Source of the DNA: an uncultured Shewanella sp. | Lineage (GTDB): Bacteria; Pseudomonadota; Gammaproteobacteria; Enterobacterales; Shewanellaceae | NCBI RefSeq assembly: GCF_947501665.1 | Contig: NZ_CANMWS010000011.1 | Coordinates: forward strand, 1,382 to 65,381 | Length of the DNA: 64,000 bases | Reading direction: 5' to 3' | Notes under the pieces: model-generated | Databases searched by the model: none | The model's input: only the letters and a program-made list of their open reading frames with translations | Told to the model about the DNA's origin: nothing | Made by a program: the position numbers and the translations under genes | Part shown: positions 48,955 to 61,118 of the stretch, in pieces | Layout: each line of letters opens with the position of its first letter | Numbering within the stretch: position 1 is the stretch's first letter

Positions 48955-50268
48955 ATGGCTACGACTAAAACAAAAAAGCTCGGCCTAACCAGTAAAATAC
49001 TACTCGGTATGGCAGGCGGGATCCTTCTTGGGCTCTTGCTTCGAAACCTTTTCCCAGAAAGCGATTTTATTAAAGAATATATGACCGATGGCTTTTTAAA
49101 TGTGATCGGAACTATTTTCATTTCTGGATTAAAAATGCTAGTTGTTCCTCTGGTTTTTATCTCCCTTGTTTGCGGAACCTGCTCCTTAAGCGATCCGTCA
49201 AAATTAGGTCGCCTAGGAGGAAAAACCATCGCGTTTTATCTTTTCACCACCGCCATTGCATTATGTATGGCGATTCTCATTGCCATTGTTATTCATCCTG
49301 GTAACGCCAGCATGGTTGCTGAAGGCATGCATTTCGATGCAAAACAAGCCCCCAGCTTAGCTCAAGTCATTATTAACATTGTGCCAACCAATCCCATTAA
49401 AGCCATGAGTGAAGGTAACATGCTGCAAATTATTATCTTTGCAGTGATCTTCGGTTTTGCGATTTCTCATATTGGTGAACGTGGTAAGCGTGTTGTTGCC
49501 TTATTTGAAGATTTAAACGAAGTCATCATGCGTGTTGTCACTTTGATCATGCAATTAGCACCTTATGGTGTGTTTGCTTTAATGGCCAAACTTGCCCTCA
49601 CCTTAGGCTTAGAAGATTTTCAAAGCGTTATTCAGTATTTCTTCGTCGTATTGTTTGTGCTGCTTATTCATGGCTTTATCGTTTACCCTACACTATTAAA
49701 ACTGTTTTCTGGCTTAAGCCCTATTACATTCATTCGTAAAATGCGTGATGTGCAATTATTTGCTTTCAGTACCGCCAGTTCAAATGCAACGTTACCGGTA
49801 ACGATTGAAACCGCTGAGCATAGATTAGGGGCACACAATAAAGTTGCTTCATTTACTTTACCTTTAGGTGCAACCATCAATATGGATGGCACAGCGATTA
49901 TGCAAGGTGTCGCGACTGTCTTCATTGCACAAGTCTTTGGTATTGATTTAACTATTACCGACTATGCAATGGTCGTTGTTACCGCAACGTTAGCATCCAT
50001 TGGTACCGCTGGAGTGCCTGGTGTTGGCCTTATTATGCTTGCAATGGTACTTAACCAAGTTGGCCTACCTGTTGAAGGGATTGCACTGATCATTGGTGTA
50101 GACAGATTACTGGATATGGTCCGTACAGCTGTCAATGTCACCGGTGATACCGTCGCAACATTAGTGATTGCTAAATCTGAAAATGAATTTAATGAAGAGA
50201 TATTTAACTCGCCAGTGGCCGGTCATCCTGCTAAAAACTTTAAAGAGCAAATGCATCAACGTGATTAA
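48955..50268 (+). CDS. Dicarboxylate/amino acid:cation symporter (DAACS family)
   Basis: 437 aa with conserved ...FSTASSNATLP... and ...NMDGTA... motifs. Confidence 0.88.
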   Translation: MATTKTKKLGLTSKILLGMAGGILLGLLLRNLFPESDFIKEYMTDGFLNVIGTIFISGLKMLVVPLVFISLVCGTCSLSDPSKLGRLGGKTIAFYLFTTAIALCMAILIAIVIHPGNASMVAEGMHFDAKQAPSLAQVIINIVPTNPIKAMSEGNMLQIIIFAVIFGFAISHIGERGKRVVALFEDLNEVIMRVVTLIMQLAPYGVFALMAKLALTLGLEDFQSVIQYFFVVLFVLLIHGFIVYPTLLKLFSGLSPITFIRKMRDVQLFAFSTASSNATLPVTIETAEHRLGAHNKVASFTLPLGATINMDGTAIMQGVATVFIAQVFGIDLTITDYAMVVVTATLASIGTAGVPGVGLIMLAMVLNQVGLPVEGIALIIGVDRLLDMVRTAVNVTGDTVATLVIAKSENEFNEEIFNSPVAGHPAKNFKEQMHQRD

Positions 50269-50292
50269 AACGATGCGTTAATATTGTGAGTC

Positions 50293-50320
50293 AAAAAAGC
50301 GTCCAATTGGACGCTTTTTA
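50293..50320. terminator. Bidirectional intrinsic terminator
   Basis: AAAAA-AGCGTCCAATTGGACGCT-TTTTA. Confidence 0.8.
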
Positions 50321-50354
50321 TTTATTGAACAATGTTATTGGTTAAACAATAACA

Positions 50355-51659
50355 TTATCGCTCCCAATAACTCTCTTCTAAGCTGTCTTCTTTTTCCGGT
50401 AAACCCCGTGACAAACGTGGGCTGTGCTGGGCTAACACTTCATAAGCCACACGATTAGCGTATTTACAAATTTGAGAAAACGAAGAATAACAGAGGCCAT
50501 CTCGAGTATGTTTACTTGAACCAGGTACAATTTGACGATGAAAGGTATTCGATGACAAATCATGTAATAATGCCGCTAACGCTCCATCACCTGCACCATT
50601 GGTATTTCGAATTTTTTCAGGACCACCCATGTAAGGAGAAATATGGGCATACACTTTCATGGGGGTTTCACAAGCTTGTTTTAACTTAGGTCTTGAAAAC
50701 TCATAACGGTTAAATTCTGGAATGGCACCCGGTAATAGTGTATGACTGGTTTCTCGCTTTTCCGACTCTTCAGTATAACCTGCCGTATATAAACCTAATG
50801 GGCCTGCTGTAGTCAATACCATATCACACCAATCCAATGCCGCCTCACTGGCCAATAAAGGATCTTTATAGCCTGTCAGCGCTTCCCCTTCATCTTCATT
50901 CATGGCTAAAATAGTGACATGTTCTGTGATAAATTGTTGCCACCACTTAGGATCTTCTTCAATTAAAAAGCGTGTGCCCAATGTCAATACCACAGGTACC
51001 TCTGCCGCTTTAGCATACTCAATCGCCGTCATAGCCGCTTGGGTGATCTGATCTTCACCACTTGCTCGCATTAAATAAGCCGTCAAGATTAAAGCTGAAC
51101 TGCCTTGCACAATTTGTTTATCGATATATTCAGGAGTGAGTTTATCCATCGCACCTTTACTGATAGCAAAAGTACGTTCACCACATTCAGAAATTAAAGT
51201 AAAGCAGCGACCTATTGGACCATCGACAGGCTGTAAATAATTTAAATCCACTTTAGATGAAGTGTTACACAGATAACGATAAGCATAACTGCCAATTTCA
51301 ATATTTTGGCTCATTACACCAAATAAAACCGAGCGATCATCGGCTAATATGGAATAATTGTGCACTGTATTTCCAATGGTTCCCCCCGCAAACTCATCAC
51401 TGATCATCGATTGCTGCTTTAGCTCAGTGTATAATGCATGCGCAGTGACATCATCAATAAGCGTTGAGTTTCCCTTTGGCAATTGATAACGGCTTAATAG
51501 CTCATCATCAACTTTCGCTTCAATATCAACCAAAGTTTGATCGATCCCTGCAATATAGGTCGAAAAAGGTCTCGGCTGTTGAATAAGCTGAGCCAATAAA
51601 GGATCACGATTATTAACAGGAAAATAATGCTTAGACTTACGTTTACCAGGAAACTTCAT
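50355..51659 (-). CDS. gsk: Inosine-guanosine kinase
   Basis: 434 aa with the MKFPGKRKSKHYFPV N-terminus and the PfkB-family TNGAGDGA motif. Confidence 0.9.
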   Translation of the reverse strand: MKFPGKRKSKHYFPVNNRDPLLAQLIQQPRPFSTYIAGIDQTLVDIEAKVDDELLSRYQLPKGNSTLIDDVTAHALYTELKQQSMISDEFAGGTIGNTVHNYSILADDRSVLFGVMSQNIEIGSYAYRYLCNTSSKVDLNYLQPVDGPIGRCFTLISECGERTFAISKGAMDKLTPEYIDKQIVQGSSALILTAYLMRASGEDQITQAAMTAIEYAKAAEVPVVLTLGTRFLIEEDPKWWQQFITEHVTILAMNEDEGEALTGYKDPLLASEAALDWCDMVLTTAGPLGLYTAGYTEESEKRETSHTLLPGAIPEFNRYEFSRPKLKQACETPMKVYAHISPYMGGPEKIRNTNGAGDGALAALLHDLSSNTFHRQIVPGSSKHTRDGLCYSSFSQICKYANRVAYEVLAQHSPRLSRGLPEKEDSLEESYWER

Positions 51660-51997
51660 ATAGCGCTCTCTTATTCAGCTTCCTTGCTAAATATCATTAT
51701 AAAAATAACAACAAATGCATACAATAAGGTTTGTTGTTCTTTGGGTGGTTAAATTATGTCCTAACTAAAGGTGTGCTAATTGCGACACAGTAAGTGCTGC
51801 CAAGTCTTATCAGCCCCTTTCTTTAATAAACAGATCTACAACAAAGAATAAAACACCTTTAGACGGATCCTAGCAGTAGGCATATTTTACCGTTTAGCTG
51901 TTCAAAAAATCACTCGTCATCAAAAAATAAAGACCGAGCTATAGCCTGTTTTACCCCGAGCATAATAACAAGAAAACCACTCGACTAACATGCAGAT

Positions 51998-52031
51998 ATA
52001 AAAAATCAGGCTCACAAAAAAGTGAGCCTGA
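51998..52031 (-). terminator. Rho-independent terminator of adk
   Basis: TCAGGCTCAC-aaaaaa-GTGAGCCTGA, with a T-run on the minus strand. Confidence 0.75.
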
Positions 52032-52070
52032 TCAGAAATTAGCAAAATAAGGTAAAACACCTTTTAAAAA

Positions 52071-52715
<645 letters not shown>

Positions 52716-52836
52716 TTAAACTCTTCCTCTGTATTGCAACATTGTGATTATGGAGCGCGATTTTCGCATAATTAGCGGTGATTTTGAAGCGCTTTTATTG
52801 CATTCACTTATTCATTAATGCCAACACAAAACCGCA

Positions 52837-53682
52837 TTAATAAAGTAACGTATATAATTTTCGTCGGTATTGATTCGCTAACGAGTGACCTTGCCCAAGT
52901 GCCGTTAATATTTCAAGAAAGACTTGTTTCACTTCACCATTACCCACAGTCACATCTTTTTTAAGGGGGGTAAAAATAAGCTCAAGCGCTTCTTCATTTC
53001 GACTAGCTTGGTGCAATGCCTTAGCTAACTTAATCAAAGCTTGACTATCTTCAGGGTGTTTTTCAAATTCACTCTGTAATAAACGAATTTCTGGGGTATC
53101 TGCCGCTTCCAGTGCCAATGCGAGTTTCGCTTTTAAGCTTTGATAATAACCATCTTGATCGGCAAGTCCCACTGAATCTAATAAACTTTCAGCCTCACTC
53201 AGCCCACCGGCCATCAGCTGGGCATCACAATAAACCAACGCCACCTCAGCACTTTGGTTTTCATCATAAGCCAGCTTCAATAAAGGCATTGCGGTTTGCC
53301 AATCTTGATCAGCCAACAGTGCTTTTGCTTCATTTAAGCGTAATTGCCACTGAGCTGGTAAGTGCTGTTCAAGCAAAGGTAAAATCTCAGCCGCATCTTT
53401 TACGCCAGCAAAACCATCAACTGGTTTCCCTTGATGTAAAATCAATGTGGTAGGTAAATTCTGAATTTGAAAATAGTTAGCGATTTCGACTTCAATATCG
53501 CAATTAATCTTGGCAAGAATAAAACGCCCTGCTTGTTGCTGCGCAATCTGCGTTAACACTTGTCCAAAACTGACACTTTCAGGACTCTGCTCGGCCCAAA
53601 ATGCCAATACCACCACTTGCTCCATTGAGGCATCAACAATCTCTTGTATATTTTCTTTCGTCAATTCCAGAACAGTATCCAT
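52837..53682 (-). CDS. ybbN: Thioredoxin-fold/TPR co-chaperone, YbbN-like
   Basis: N-terminal thioredoxin-like domain lacking CxxC, with a C-terminal TPR-like helical domain; 281 aa. Confidence 0.8.
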   Translation of the reverse strand: MDTVLELTKENIQEIVDASMEQVVVLAFWAEQSPESVSFGQVLTQIAQQQAGRFILAKINCDIEVEIANYFQIQNLPTTLILHQGKPVDGFAGVKDAAEILPLLEQHLPAQWQLRLNEAKALLADQDWQTAMPLLKLAYDENQSAEVALVYCDAQLMAGGLSEAESLLDSVGLADQDGYYQSLKAKLALALEAADTPEIRLLQSEFEKHPEDSQALIKLAKALHQASRNEEALELIFTPLKKDVTVGNGEVKQVFLEILTALGQGHSLANQYRRKLYTLLY

Positions 53683-54057
53683 ATTCTTCCTTTTACACTG
53701 GCATCTTTCTTCGATTTAAGAGCATAGAAACGCCAAATGATTCTTTCTATACGCCCATAATATTGATCTTTGGTGATTGTTTCGGCAGCAGTTTATGGAG
53801 GCTTTAAACAAGACAGAGCTTATGTTATACCGTTATTCAACATCAATAAACGATAGCGCTGTAAAAAGACGCCAAAAATACTCTCTATAGCATCCATCTA
53901 AATATATTCTACTTTTACGCTTTGTTGCAGGCCTCTTTATTAACGAAAAAGGCCTTACAAAGCTTGACCGTACTCATTGCGCCGCAATGACAACACGTTT
54001 ATTTCAAATATTATTTATTCACAAAAGATCAATAATCCTTAAGCAAATATCAATAAA

Positions 54058-54090
54058 TAAAAAAAGAGGCAGAAAGTCTGCCTCTTTTTA
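54058..54090. terminator. Intrinsic terminator after htpG (bidirectional shape)
   Basis: AAAAAA-GAGGCAGA-aagt-CTGCCTC-TTTTT. Confidence 0.8.
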
Positions 54091-54094
54091 ATGG

Positions 54095-56026
54095 CTATTT
54101 AACGTTAGCCACTAACATTTCATTCATCAACTTAATAAAAGCAGATGGGTCGGCAAGACTGCCTTTCTCTGACAACAAGGCTTGCTGCAGTAAAAGCTCT
54201 GACCACTGAGCAAATACATCTTCAGTTTGTTCATCATTTAAACGAACGACCAAAGGATGTTCAGGATTCAACTCAAAAATAGGCTTAGACTCAGGTACAG
54301 CTTGTCCAGCAGCTTGCATCATCTTCATCATTTGCGTTGACATATCACCTTCACCGGCAACCACACAAGCAGGGGTATCCGTTAGACGTGTTGTCACTTT
54401 GACATCTGAGACTTTGTCGCCTAATGCGGTTTTAACACGCTCAATCAAAGGAGCAGATTCTGATTCAAGCTTCTCTTGCGCTTCTTTCTCACTCTCATCT
54501 TCCAATGAGCCTAACTCAAGATCGCCACGGGTCACAGAGTGTAATTTCTTACCATCAAACTCAGTAAGATGACTCACTAACCACTCATCAATACGCTCAG
54601 ACATTAACAAGACTTCAATGCCTTTCTTACGCAGAAGTTCTAAATGAGGACTATTTGCGGCAGCCTCATGGCTATCAGCAACAATATAATAAATCTTATC
54701 TTGACCTTCTTGCATACGGCTAACGTAATCAGTCAATGATACGGTTTCGCTAGCACCTTCACCTTGTGTTGATGCAAAACGTAATAAAGCTGCTACACGT
54801 TCTTTATTGGCAAAATCCTCAGCTGGGCCTTCTTTTAGCACTTGGCCAAACTCACCCCAGAAGTTTTGATATTGTTCAGCGTCATTTTTCGCCAGTTTTT
54901 CAAGCATACCTAACACACGCTTGGTCACAGCGGTACGCAGCGCAGTCGTGACTTTATTGTCTTGTAAAATTTCACGGGATACGTTTAATGGCAAATCATT
55001 TGAATCGATTAAACCTTGTACAAAACGTAGATAGCTTGGCATAAATTGTTCAGCGTCATCCATTACAAATACACGTTGAACAAATAATTTCAGTCCATGC
55101 TTACGATCGCGGTTCCACATATCAAAGGGTGCTTTAGCCGGTAAATACAATAAGCTTGTGTACTCTTGCTTACCTTCAACGCGGTTATGACTCCACTTCA
55201 GTGGATCACTAAAGTCATGAGAAATATGCTTATAAAATTCTTGATACTCTTCATCAGAAATATCACTTTTATTACGAGTCCAAAGCGCAGTCGCTTTGTT
55301 CATCGGCTCCCAAGCACCTTCTGTTGCTGGAATTTTTTCACCTGGTTCACCGTCTGGTCCTTCTGGTCCATCGCGCTCAGGTGTGCCTTCTTGATACATT
55401 TCAACAGGCACAGAGATGTGATCTGAATACTTTGTAATAATTGAGCGCAAACGATAATCATCAGCGAATTCTTTTTCTTCTTCGCGTAAATGTAAAACAA
55501 TTTCAGTACCACGGTTTGCTTTTTCTATATTCTCAACGGTGAAATCGCCTTCACCTGTTGATTCCCAGCATACCCCGTCACTGGCGCTATGACCTGCTGC
55601 TCGGGTCCGTACCGTCACTTTATCTGCAACAATAAAAGAAGAATAGAAACCCACACCAAATTGGCCAATCAACTGTGAATCTTTTGATTCGTCACCTGAA
55701 AGGTTTTTAAAGAAATCAGCGGTACCTGATTTAGCTATGGTGCCTAAATGTTCAATCACGCCATCACGGGTCATACCAATACCATTATCTTCAATGGTCA
55801 CGGTACCCGCTTCTTTATCAGCACTAATACGGACACGTAACTCGCCGTCACCTTCATAAAGGTCGTCTTGAGTAAGGGCTTCATAGCGTAACTTATCCGC
55901 TGCATCTGCGGCATTTGATACCAATTCACGCAAGAAAATTTCTTTATTTGAATATAAAGAATGGATCATCAAATGGAGTAATTGTTTGACTTCAGTTTGA
56001 AAGCCATGAGTTTCTTGTTGAGACAT
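54095..56026 (-). CDS. htpG: Molecular chaperone HtpG (Hsp90)
   Basis: 643 aa with the [32 protein letters not shown]-terminal ATPase signature. Confidence 0.97.
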   Translation of the reverse strand: MSQQETHGFQTEVKQLLHLMIHSLYSNKEIFLRELVSNAADAADKLRYEALTQDDLYEGDGELRVRISADKEAGTVTIEDNGIGMTRDGVIEHLGTIAKSGTADFFKNLSGDESKDSQLIGQFGVGFYSSFIVADKVTVRTRAAGHSASDGVCWESTGEGDFTVENIEKANRGTEIVLHLREEEKEFADDYRLRSIITKYSDHISVPVEMYQEGTPERDGPEGPDGEPGEKIPATEGAWEPMNKATALWTRNKSDISDEEYQEFYKHISHDFSDPLKWSHNRVEGKQEYTSLLYLPAKAPFDMWNRDRKHGLKLFVQRVFVMDDAEQFMPSYLRFVQGLIDSNDLPLNVSREILQDNKVTTALRTAVTKRVLGMLEKLAKNDAEQYQNFWGEFGQVLKEGPAEDFANKERVAALLRFASTQGEGASETVSLTDYVSRMQEGQDKIYYIVADSHEAAANSPHLELLRKKGIEVLLMSERIDEWLVSHLTEFDGKKLHSVTRGDLELGSLEDESEKEAQEKLESESAPLIERVKTALGDKVSDVKVTTRLTDTPACVVAGEGDMSTQMMKMMQAAGQAVPESKPIFELNPEHPLVVRLNDEQTEDVFAQWSELLLQQALLSEKGSLADPSAFIKLMNEMLVANVK

Positions 56027-56079
56027 GAAATGCTCCCTGGTTAATCGCTAACACGAATATAAATTAAGTAATGTTTTAA

Positions 56080-56107
56080 AGATGGGGCTAGAAAAAAGCA
56101 TTTCAAG
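56080..56107 (-). promoter_or_regulatory. Sigma-32 (heat-shock) promoter of htpG
   Basis: The minus strand reads CTTGAAA - 13 nt - CCCCATCT, a match to the E. coli sigma-32 consensus (CTTGAAA / CCCCATNT). It lies about 55 nt upstream of the htpG ATG. Confidence 0.75.
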
Positions 56108-56282
56108 GGTAAAAATAAAATCAGCGGCTAAATGGGTAAAAAAAATCCAGTTAATGCAACGCATTACTGGATTTATTCATATTATTAATTCTTATTTATT
56201 GATAAGAGTTAATAGCTTACGCATAAATAAACCATGCATTGGCCTATTCGGTGGCTCAGAGATGAATAAACTATCATCTTAA

Positions 56283-56882
56283 CTACAAGGGTAAACGACC
56301 ATTAAAAGACAACGCAAGGGTCGTGCTATCCACATATTCCAATTCTCCACCCACTGGCACACCATGGGCAATGCGGCTAACAGAAACCTGATGATGTTTT
56401 GCAATATCAGCAATAAAATGCGCTGTCGCATCCCCTTCAACGGTCGGGTTAGTCGCTAAAATTAATTCTGAAATGTCTCCGTCTGCGAGTTGCTGTTCAA
56501 GCAAACTTAAGCCAAGTTCATCTGGACCAATACCATCAAGGGGGGATAAATGCCCTAATAAGACGAAATAACGCCCACTAAAATGTCCTCCCGCTTCGAT
56601 AGCAAGTACATCCGCAGGTGTCTCGACCACACAAATGACACTGGCATTACCCCGTTTATGGCTCACACAAATAGGGCACAATGCATCTTCAGTAAAAGTA
56701 CGACAAGACTGACAATGCCCCACATCCAACATCGCCTGAGATAGCGTATTCGCTAATTTAGTCCCCTCACCTCTATCACGCTCTAATAACTGAAAAGCCA
56801 TTCGTTGAGCAGACTTAGGACCGATACCGGGTAAACAACGTAATGATTGGATCAACTCATCGACTAATGGGCTAAATTTCAT
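56283..56882 (-). CDS. recR: Recombination protein RecR
   Basis: 199 aa with a helix-hairpin-helix, a C4 zinc finger (CQSC...CPIC) and a Toprim domain. Confidence 0.96.
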   Translation of the reverse strand: MKFSPLVDELIQSLRCLPGIGPKSAQRMAFQLLERDRGEGTKLANTLSQAMLDVGHCQSCRTFTEDALCPICVSHKRGNASVICVVETPADVLAIEAGGHFSGRYFVLLGHLSPLDGIGPDELGLSLLEQQLADGDISELILATNPTVEGDATAHFIADIAKHHQVSVSRIAHGVPVGGELEYVDSTTLALSFNGRLPL

Positions 56883-56888
56883 CAGGAA

Positions 56889-57218
56889 TTAAAATGGCAT
56901 CTTCATTCCCGGCGGTAACTGCATACCACCGGTAACTGCAGCCATTTTCTCTTTCTGATCCTCATCAACACGGCGAGCAGCATCATTACATGCTGCGGCA
57001 ATTAAATCCTCTAGCATCTCTTTATCATCTTCCAATAAGCTAGGATCGATATCCACTTTGCGCACATTATGTGAACCCGTCATAGTTACTTTAACAAGGC
57101 CAGCACCCGCTTCACCAGTCACTTCCATTTGAGCAATTTCTTCTTGCACTTTGGCCATTTTATCTTGCATCATTTGGGCTTGCTTCATTAAGTTGCCCAT
57201 ACCGCCTTTTCCTAACAT
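56889..57218 (-). CDS. ybaB: Nucleoid-associated protein YbaB/EbfC
   Basis: [18 protein letters not shown]... is collinear with E. coli YbaB. The tracked ORF has a 10-codon extension. Confidence 0.93.
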   Translation of the reverse strand: MLGKGGMGNLMKQAQMMQDKMAKVQEEIAQMEVTGEAGAGLVKVTMTGSHNVRKVDIDPSLLEDDKEMLEDLIAAACNDAARRVDEDQKEKMAAVTGGMQLPPGMKMPF

Positions 57219-57309
57219 ACGTATTTTCTCTTCAATTAAAGGTTGCAAGCAACCGGATAAAGTGGATTAATTTTACTAAAATAAGCTTGATTAGCAATAA
57301 GACATTCCA

Positions 57310-59859
57310 TTACGCAACGATTAATTTATCAAAATTATCGAGCGTCAATAATTCAATATCATTACTTTTGTCAGCTAATAATGGTGGGGCATACGCCAGT
57401 GTATCAAGTTGTATTTGCGCTTGCATATTATGCATCAACCATTGAATATTTTCATCCTGCACCAGCATTTGTTCTGCATCACGAAGCAATTCTTGATGAA
57501 AACGCTTACGCACTTCCAATGGCGTTTCTCGAGTAAGATCAACTCCTACCTCCACGGATAATTGCACTGTTTGCCCAATACTGTGTGTTATTGCAGCTTC
57601 CAATTGTGAAATCGCAATATCAGCGCACAAATGTTTTTGATCTGGCTTAAGTTGTAACTGGATCATATGGCTAAACTGAAGACACACTGAATTAACAGCG
57701 AGCTGCCTAACACGCCCACCAACCTCTAATGAGGCCATAAATTTATACCATAAAAGATCACGGTTATCGCCGCTCAAAGGCGTTTTAGCCGTCGACAGCG
57801 CTCGATTCACAGCAGGTTTGTCTTCATTAAACCTCGAATTGGGCTGTTTATGATGCTCTTGTTGTATTAGGGTTGGTTGTGTCGAACTCGCTAAATTCTC
57901 AGGGCGCTTAGCAACCTTAGAGCTAAGTATTTCAGCTGTTCTTCCCTCAACCTCTGCAGCAGGTACTGACTCCCATGGCGGCCTATCTTGCGACTCCTCT
58001 TGAGTCATAGACGCGCTTTCATGATTAAGGGTTAAGTTATCTTGAGTGTCATTTAAGTCAAGTGCAACCTCAGTCTGACGATGGGATTTTGGCTTGACTA
58101 CTGGCGACTTTTTTGCAGTTTCTTTGTCCCCGTCATCATGGGTTGATGCCAATAAAGAGTCCCTTGCTGCCAATACCGCATCTAAAATATCATCACCCAA
58201 TAAAGGCTCGAATGTCTGCTCATCAGACAGAGACTGAGTAGGCGGAGATGGACTGTCTTGCAAAGGCGGTATCGTTTGCGCTACCACATCAGACACCATG
58301 GTTTCTTGAGTATGAATGAGCTCCTTTACTTCCTCATTTAAAGGAAGCGCTTCATCAAGGGGACTGGCCGATGCCACAATAGCGTCAAGCTCAATAGGCT
58401 CAATATTCGCCCCTTGACTTTGAGCTTGGCTCATAATCAGAGCCATTTCTGCTTGTAGCTCCACTGGCACTTCTTCGTCATTTTCAACAACAGGCAAAAC
58501 AAGGCGTTCATCCTTTACTGGTGCCTTTGTCGACGTCTTGTCCACAATAGACTGCTCAGATAAGGATAAAGAGGCTAAATCTGCTGATTGCGACTCCTCT
58601 TCATTAAGTGCTGCCTTATTACTTTCCTGACTCATCTCTTGTGAGTCAAGATAATCGGCATTTTTAACAGCGTCATTAGACTGATGAGGGCTAACGGACG
58701 TAAGACTCGCTCTTTCTACAGCACTTTTATCTTGACTATCTACAGGTGTATCACCTGATTTCCATCGCGTAATCGGCGCCTCGGGAACAAAAGTCACCGC
58801 CCGCAGTAATGCCATTTCTAAACCCGATTTAGGATCAGGTGCGTGAATAAGATCTTTGCGGCCAGTTAATAATATTTGATAATAGAGCTGCACTTGCTCA
58901 GCATTTAATTCATTCGCAAATAACAAAATTTGCTCGCTATTAAGCGACAATTGCGCCGCAGCAGGTGCAAACTGCGTTAAGGTAATTTGATGCAGTAATT
59001 CCAGTAAACTTCTTAACACTTCGTCAGCATCAGCGCCAAAAGATAACACCTCATAAGTCACCTGCATTAACTGGGCAATATCGCCACTCATCAAGGTCTT
59101 TAATAAACGAATGACATGATGTTCATCAATGCTACCTAACATGGTTTGCACTTGTGAGAGCATCACTTGACCTGCACCAAAAGCAATGGCCTGATCCGTC
59201 AAACTCAATGCATCACGCATGCTGCCATTTGCAGATTTCGCAATCAATGTTAATGCTTGCTCTTCAAAAGCCAAGGACTCTTGTGACAAAATATGGATTA
59301 ATTGCGCCACAATCTCTTCATGAGCAATACTTTTTAAGTTAAATTGCAAACAACGAGATAATACGGTTATCGGTAATTTTTGAGGATCAGTCGTGGCTAG
59401 TAAAAATTTGACATGTTCAGGGGGTTCTTCCAGTGTTTTTAACAGCGCATTAAAACTACTGCGAGACAGCATATGCACTTCATCGATAAGATACACTTTA
59501 TAGCGACCACGACTCGGCCGATATTGCACATTATCTAACAACTCGCGTGTATCATCGACTTTGGTTCTTGAGGCCGCATCCACTTCAATTAAATCGACAA
59601 ATCGACCTTGAGCAATCTCAATACAACTGGAGCACTTGCCGCAAGGTTGTGCACTCACACCTTGTTCGCAATTCAAGCCTTTGGCAAATAAGCGAGCGAG
59701 ACTGGTTTTCCCCACACCTCGCGTACCAGAGAATAAATACGCATGATGTAACCTTTGCTGAGTTAAAGCATTCGTTAGCGCATGCAAAACATGAGACTGA
59801 CCAACGACTTGCTCAAATTTGGCAGGGCGCCACTTTCGGGCTAACACCTGATATGACAT
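57310..59859 (-). CDS. dnaX: DNA polymerase III subunits tau/gamma
   Basis: AAA+ clamp-loader N-terminus (GTRGVGKTS, zinc module CGKCSSC). At 849 aa it is long, owing to an acidic/Ser-rich low-complexity insertion. Confidence 0.95.
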   Translation of the reverse strand: MSYQVLARKWRPAKFEQVVGQSHVLHALTNALTQQRLHHAYLFSGTRGVGKTSLARLFAKGLNCEQGVSAQPCGKCSSCIEIAQGRFVDLIEVDAASRTKVDDTRELLDNVQYRPSRGRYKVYLIDEVHMLSRSSFNALLKTLEEPPEHVKFLLATTDPQKLPITVLSRCLQFNLKSIAHEEIVAQLIHILSQESLAFEEQALTLIAKSANGSMRDALSLTDQAIAFGAGQVMLSQVQTMLGSIDEHHVIRLLKTLMSGDIAQLMQVTYEVLSFGADADEVLRSLLELLHQITLTQFAPAAAQLSLNSEQILLFANELNAEQVQLYYQILLTGRKDLIHAPDPKSGLEMALLRAVTFVPEAPITRWKSGDTPVDSQDKSAVERASLTSVSPHQSNDAVKNADYLDSQEMSQESNKAALNEEESQSADLASLSLSEQSIVDKTSTKAPVKDERLVLPVVENDEEVPVELQAEMALIMSQAQSQGANIEPIELDAIVASASPLDEALPLNEEVKELIHTQETMVSDVVAQTIPPLQDSPSPPTQSLSDEQTFEPLLGDDILDAVLAARDSLLASTHDDGDKETAKKSPVVKPKSHRQTEVALDLNDTQDNLTLNHESASMTQEESQDRPPWESVPAAEVEGRTAEILSSKVAKRPENLASSTQPTLIQQEHHKQPNSRFNEDKPAVNRALSTAKTPLSGDNRDLLWYKFMASLEVGGRVRQLAVNSVCLQFSHMIQLQLKPDQKHLCADIAISQLEAAITHSIGQTVQLSVEVGVDLTRETPLEVRKRFHQELLRDAEQMLVQDENIQWLMHNMQAQIQLDTLAYAPPLLADKSNDIELLTLDNFDKLIVA

Positions 59860-60516
59860 GAAACTTCCTACTATCTAATCAACGTTAAAAGTTGACTCCT
59901 CTTAATTAGCCACACAATAGCATGCAAGGCATAGAGTTGCCATACCCATCATGCTTCCAAACATAGGAACCAACTAGAATAAAAAACCGTTCACCTAATG
60001 CCTATTTGACTCCATCTACTCAATAAATGGTTCATTCAAGGCAGATGGATTGAAAAAGGGTTATTTCCTTTTAAATTTGTGCAACATCGCGGTTAGCAAA
60101 AAAATCATATTCCGTCGCCTTCATTGACACACTATACCCGTGAGACTTCAAGCTGCAGGATTCAGCTGGAATGAAAAGCCTTTTAGACAAGGCATTAAAC
60201 ATCGAGCCTAGTCATTCTAAGTTGATGTTTAATAACACAGTATAAAAGACTTTTAAACCAACCCTTTGGGAGTGTGTAAAAGCACCTACTTCTGCGTTGC
60301 ATCATCTTAAAAGGCAATAAGCATTTCGGCAATAATACGTCTTGAATTAGGCACTTTTACGCACTCTGAAAACATGCACCTTGAAGTATCATGGGTATAT
60401 ACTCCACAATCCACTTAGAAAAGAAAACTGGCACCTGAAAACGGATAATATCAAGCGTATAAATATGCAGAGAAAAAGACAAGATTGAAAGAGGAATACT
60501 GAAAATATGACTCAAT

Positions 60517-60550
60517 AAAAGAGAATGATTGAATCATCATTCTCTTCGGT
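60517..60550 (-). terminator. Terminator-like hairpin after apt
   Basis: On the minus strand: AAGAGAATGAT-gattca-ATCATTCTCTT followed by TTATTG. Confidence 0.6.
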
Positions 60551-60572
60551 AAAACCAATAAGGAGTGATTAA

Positions 60573-61118
60573 TTATTCACCCTCAAAATCACACAGCTTA
60601 ACCAATTCAAGTCCCATGGCTTCTAAACGCTTTTCTCCCCCTAAATCAGGAAGAGATATCACAAAAGCGGCATGATTAACTTGACCACCTAAACGGCGAA
60701 TAAGTTTAACGGTAGCTTCAATGGTTCCACCCGTCGCCAGTAAGTCGTCAATAACTAGCACCTTATCATCAGCGTTAATCGCATCGGTATGGATTTCAAG
60801 TACGTCCTGACCATATTCTAATTCATAGCTTTCAGAAATAGTCTCTCGAGGTAACTTACCCGGTTTGCGAACAGGCACGAATCCTATCCCTAGCGCTAAC
60901 GCTAAAGGCGCGCCAAACAGGAAACCTCGCGCTTCGGTACCAATCACTTTCGTAAAACCTTGATCTTGATATAACTCAACTAAATGAGCCATTGTCGCCT
61001 GATAAGCAGCAGGATCTTCCAACAAACTAGTAACATCTCTAAAAAGAATGCCAGGTTTCGGATAATCAGGAATGGTTTTAATGCTGTTTTTTATAACCGC
61101 TAAACGTTCAGTATTCAT
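60573..61118 (-). CDS. apt: Adenine phosphoribosyltransferase
   Basis: 181 aa with the PRTase motif [13 protein letters not shown]. Confidence 0.95.
   Translation of the reverse strand: MNTERLAVIKNSIKTIPDYPKPGILFRDVTSLLEDPAAYQATMAHLVELYQDQGFTKVIGTEARGFLFGAPLALALGIGFVPVRKPGKLPRETISESYELEYGQDVLEIHTDAINADDKVLVIDDLLATGGTIEATVKLIRRLGGQVNHAAFVISLPDLGGEKRLEAMGLELVKLCDFEGE

Noticed and set aside
60431-60446. Sigma-54 promoter-like TGGCAC in the apt-dnaX spacer.
   Set aside because: The -12 element (TTGC) is missing 5 nt downstream; the sequence reads TGGCACctgaaAACGG.
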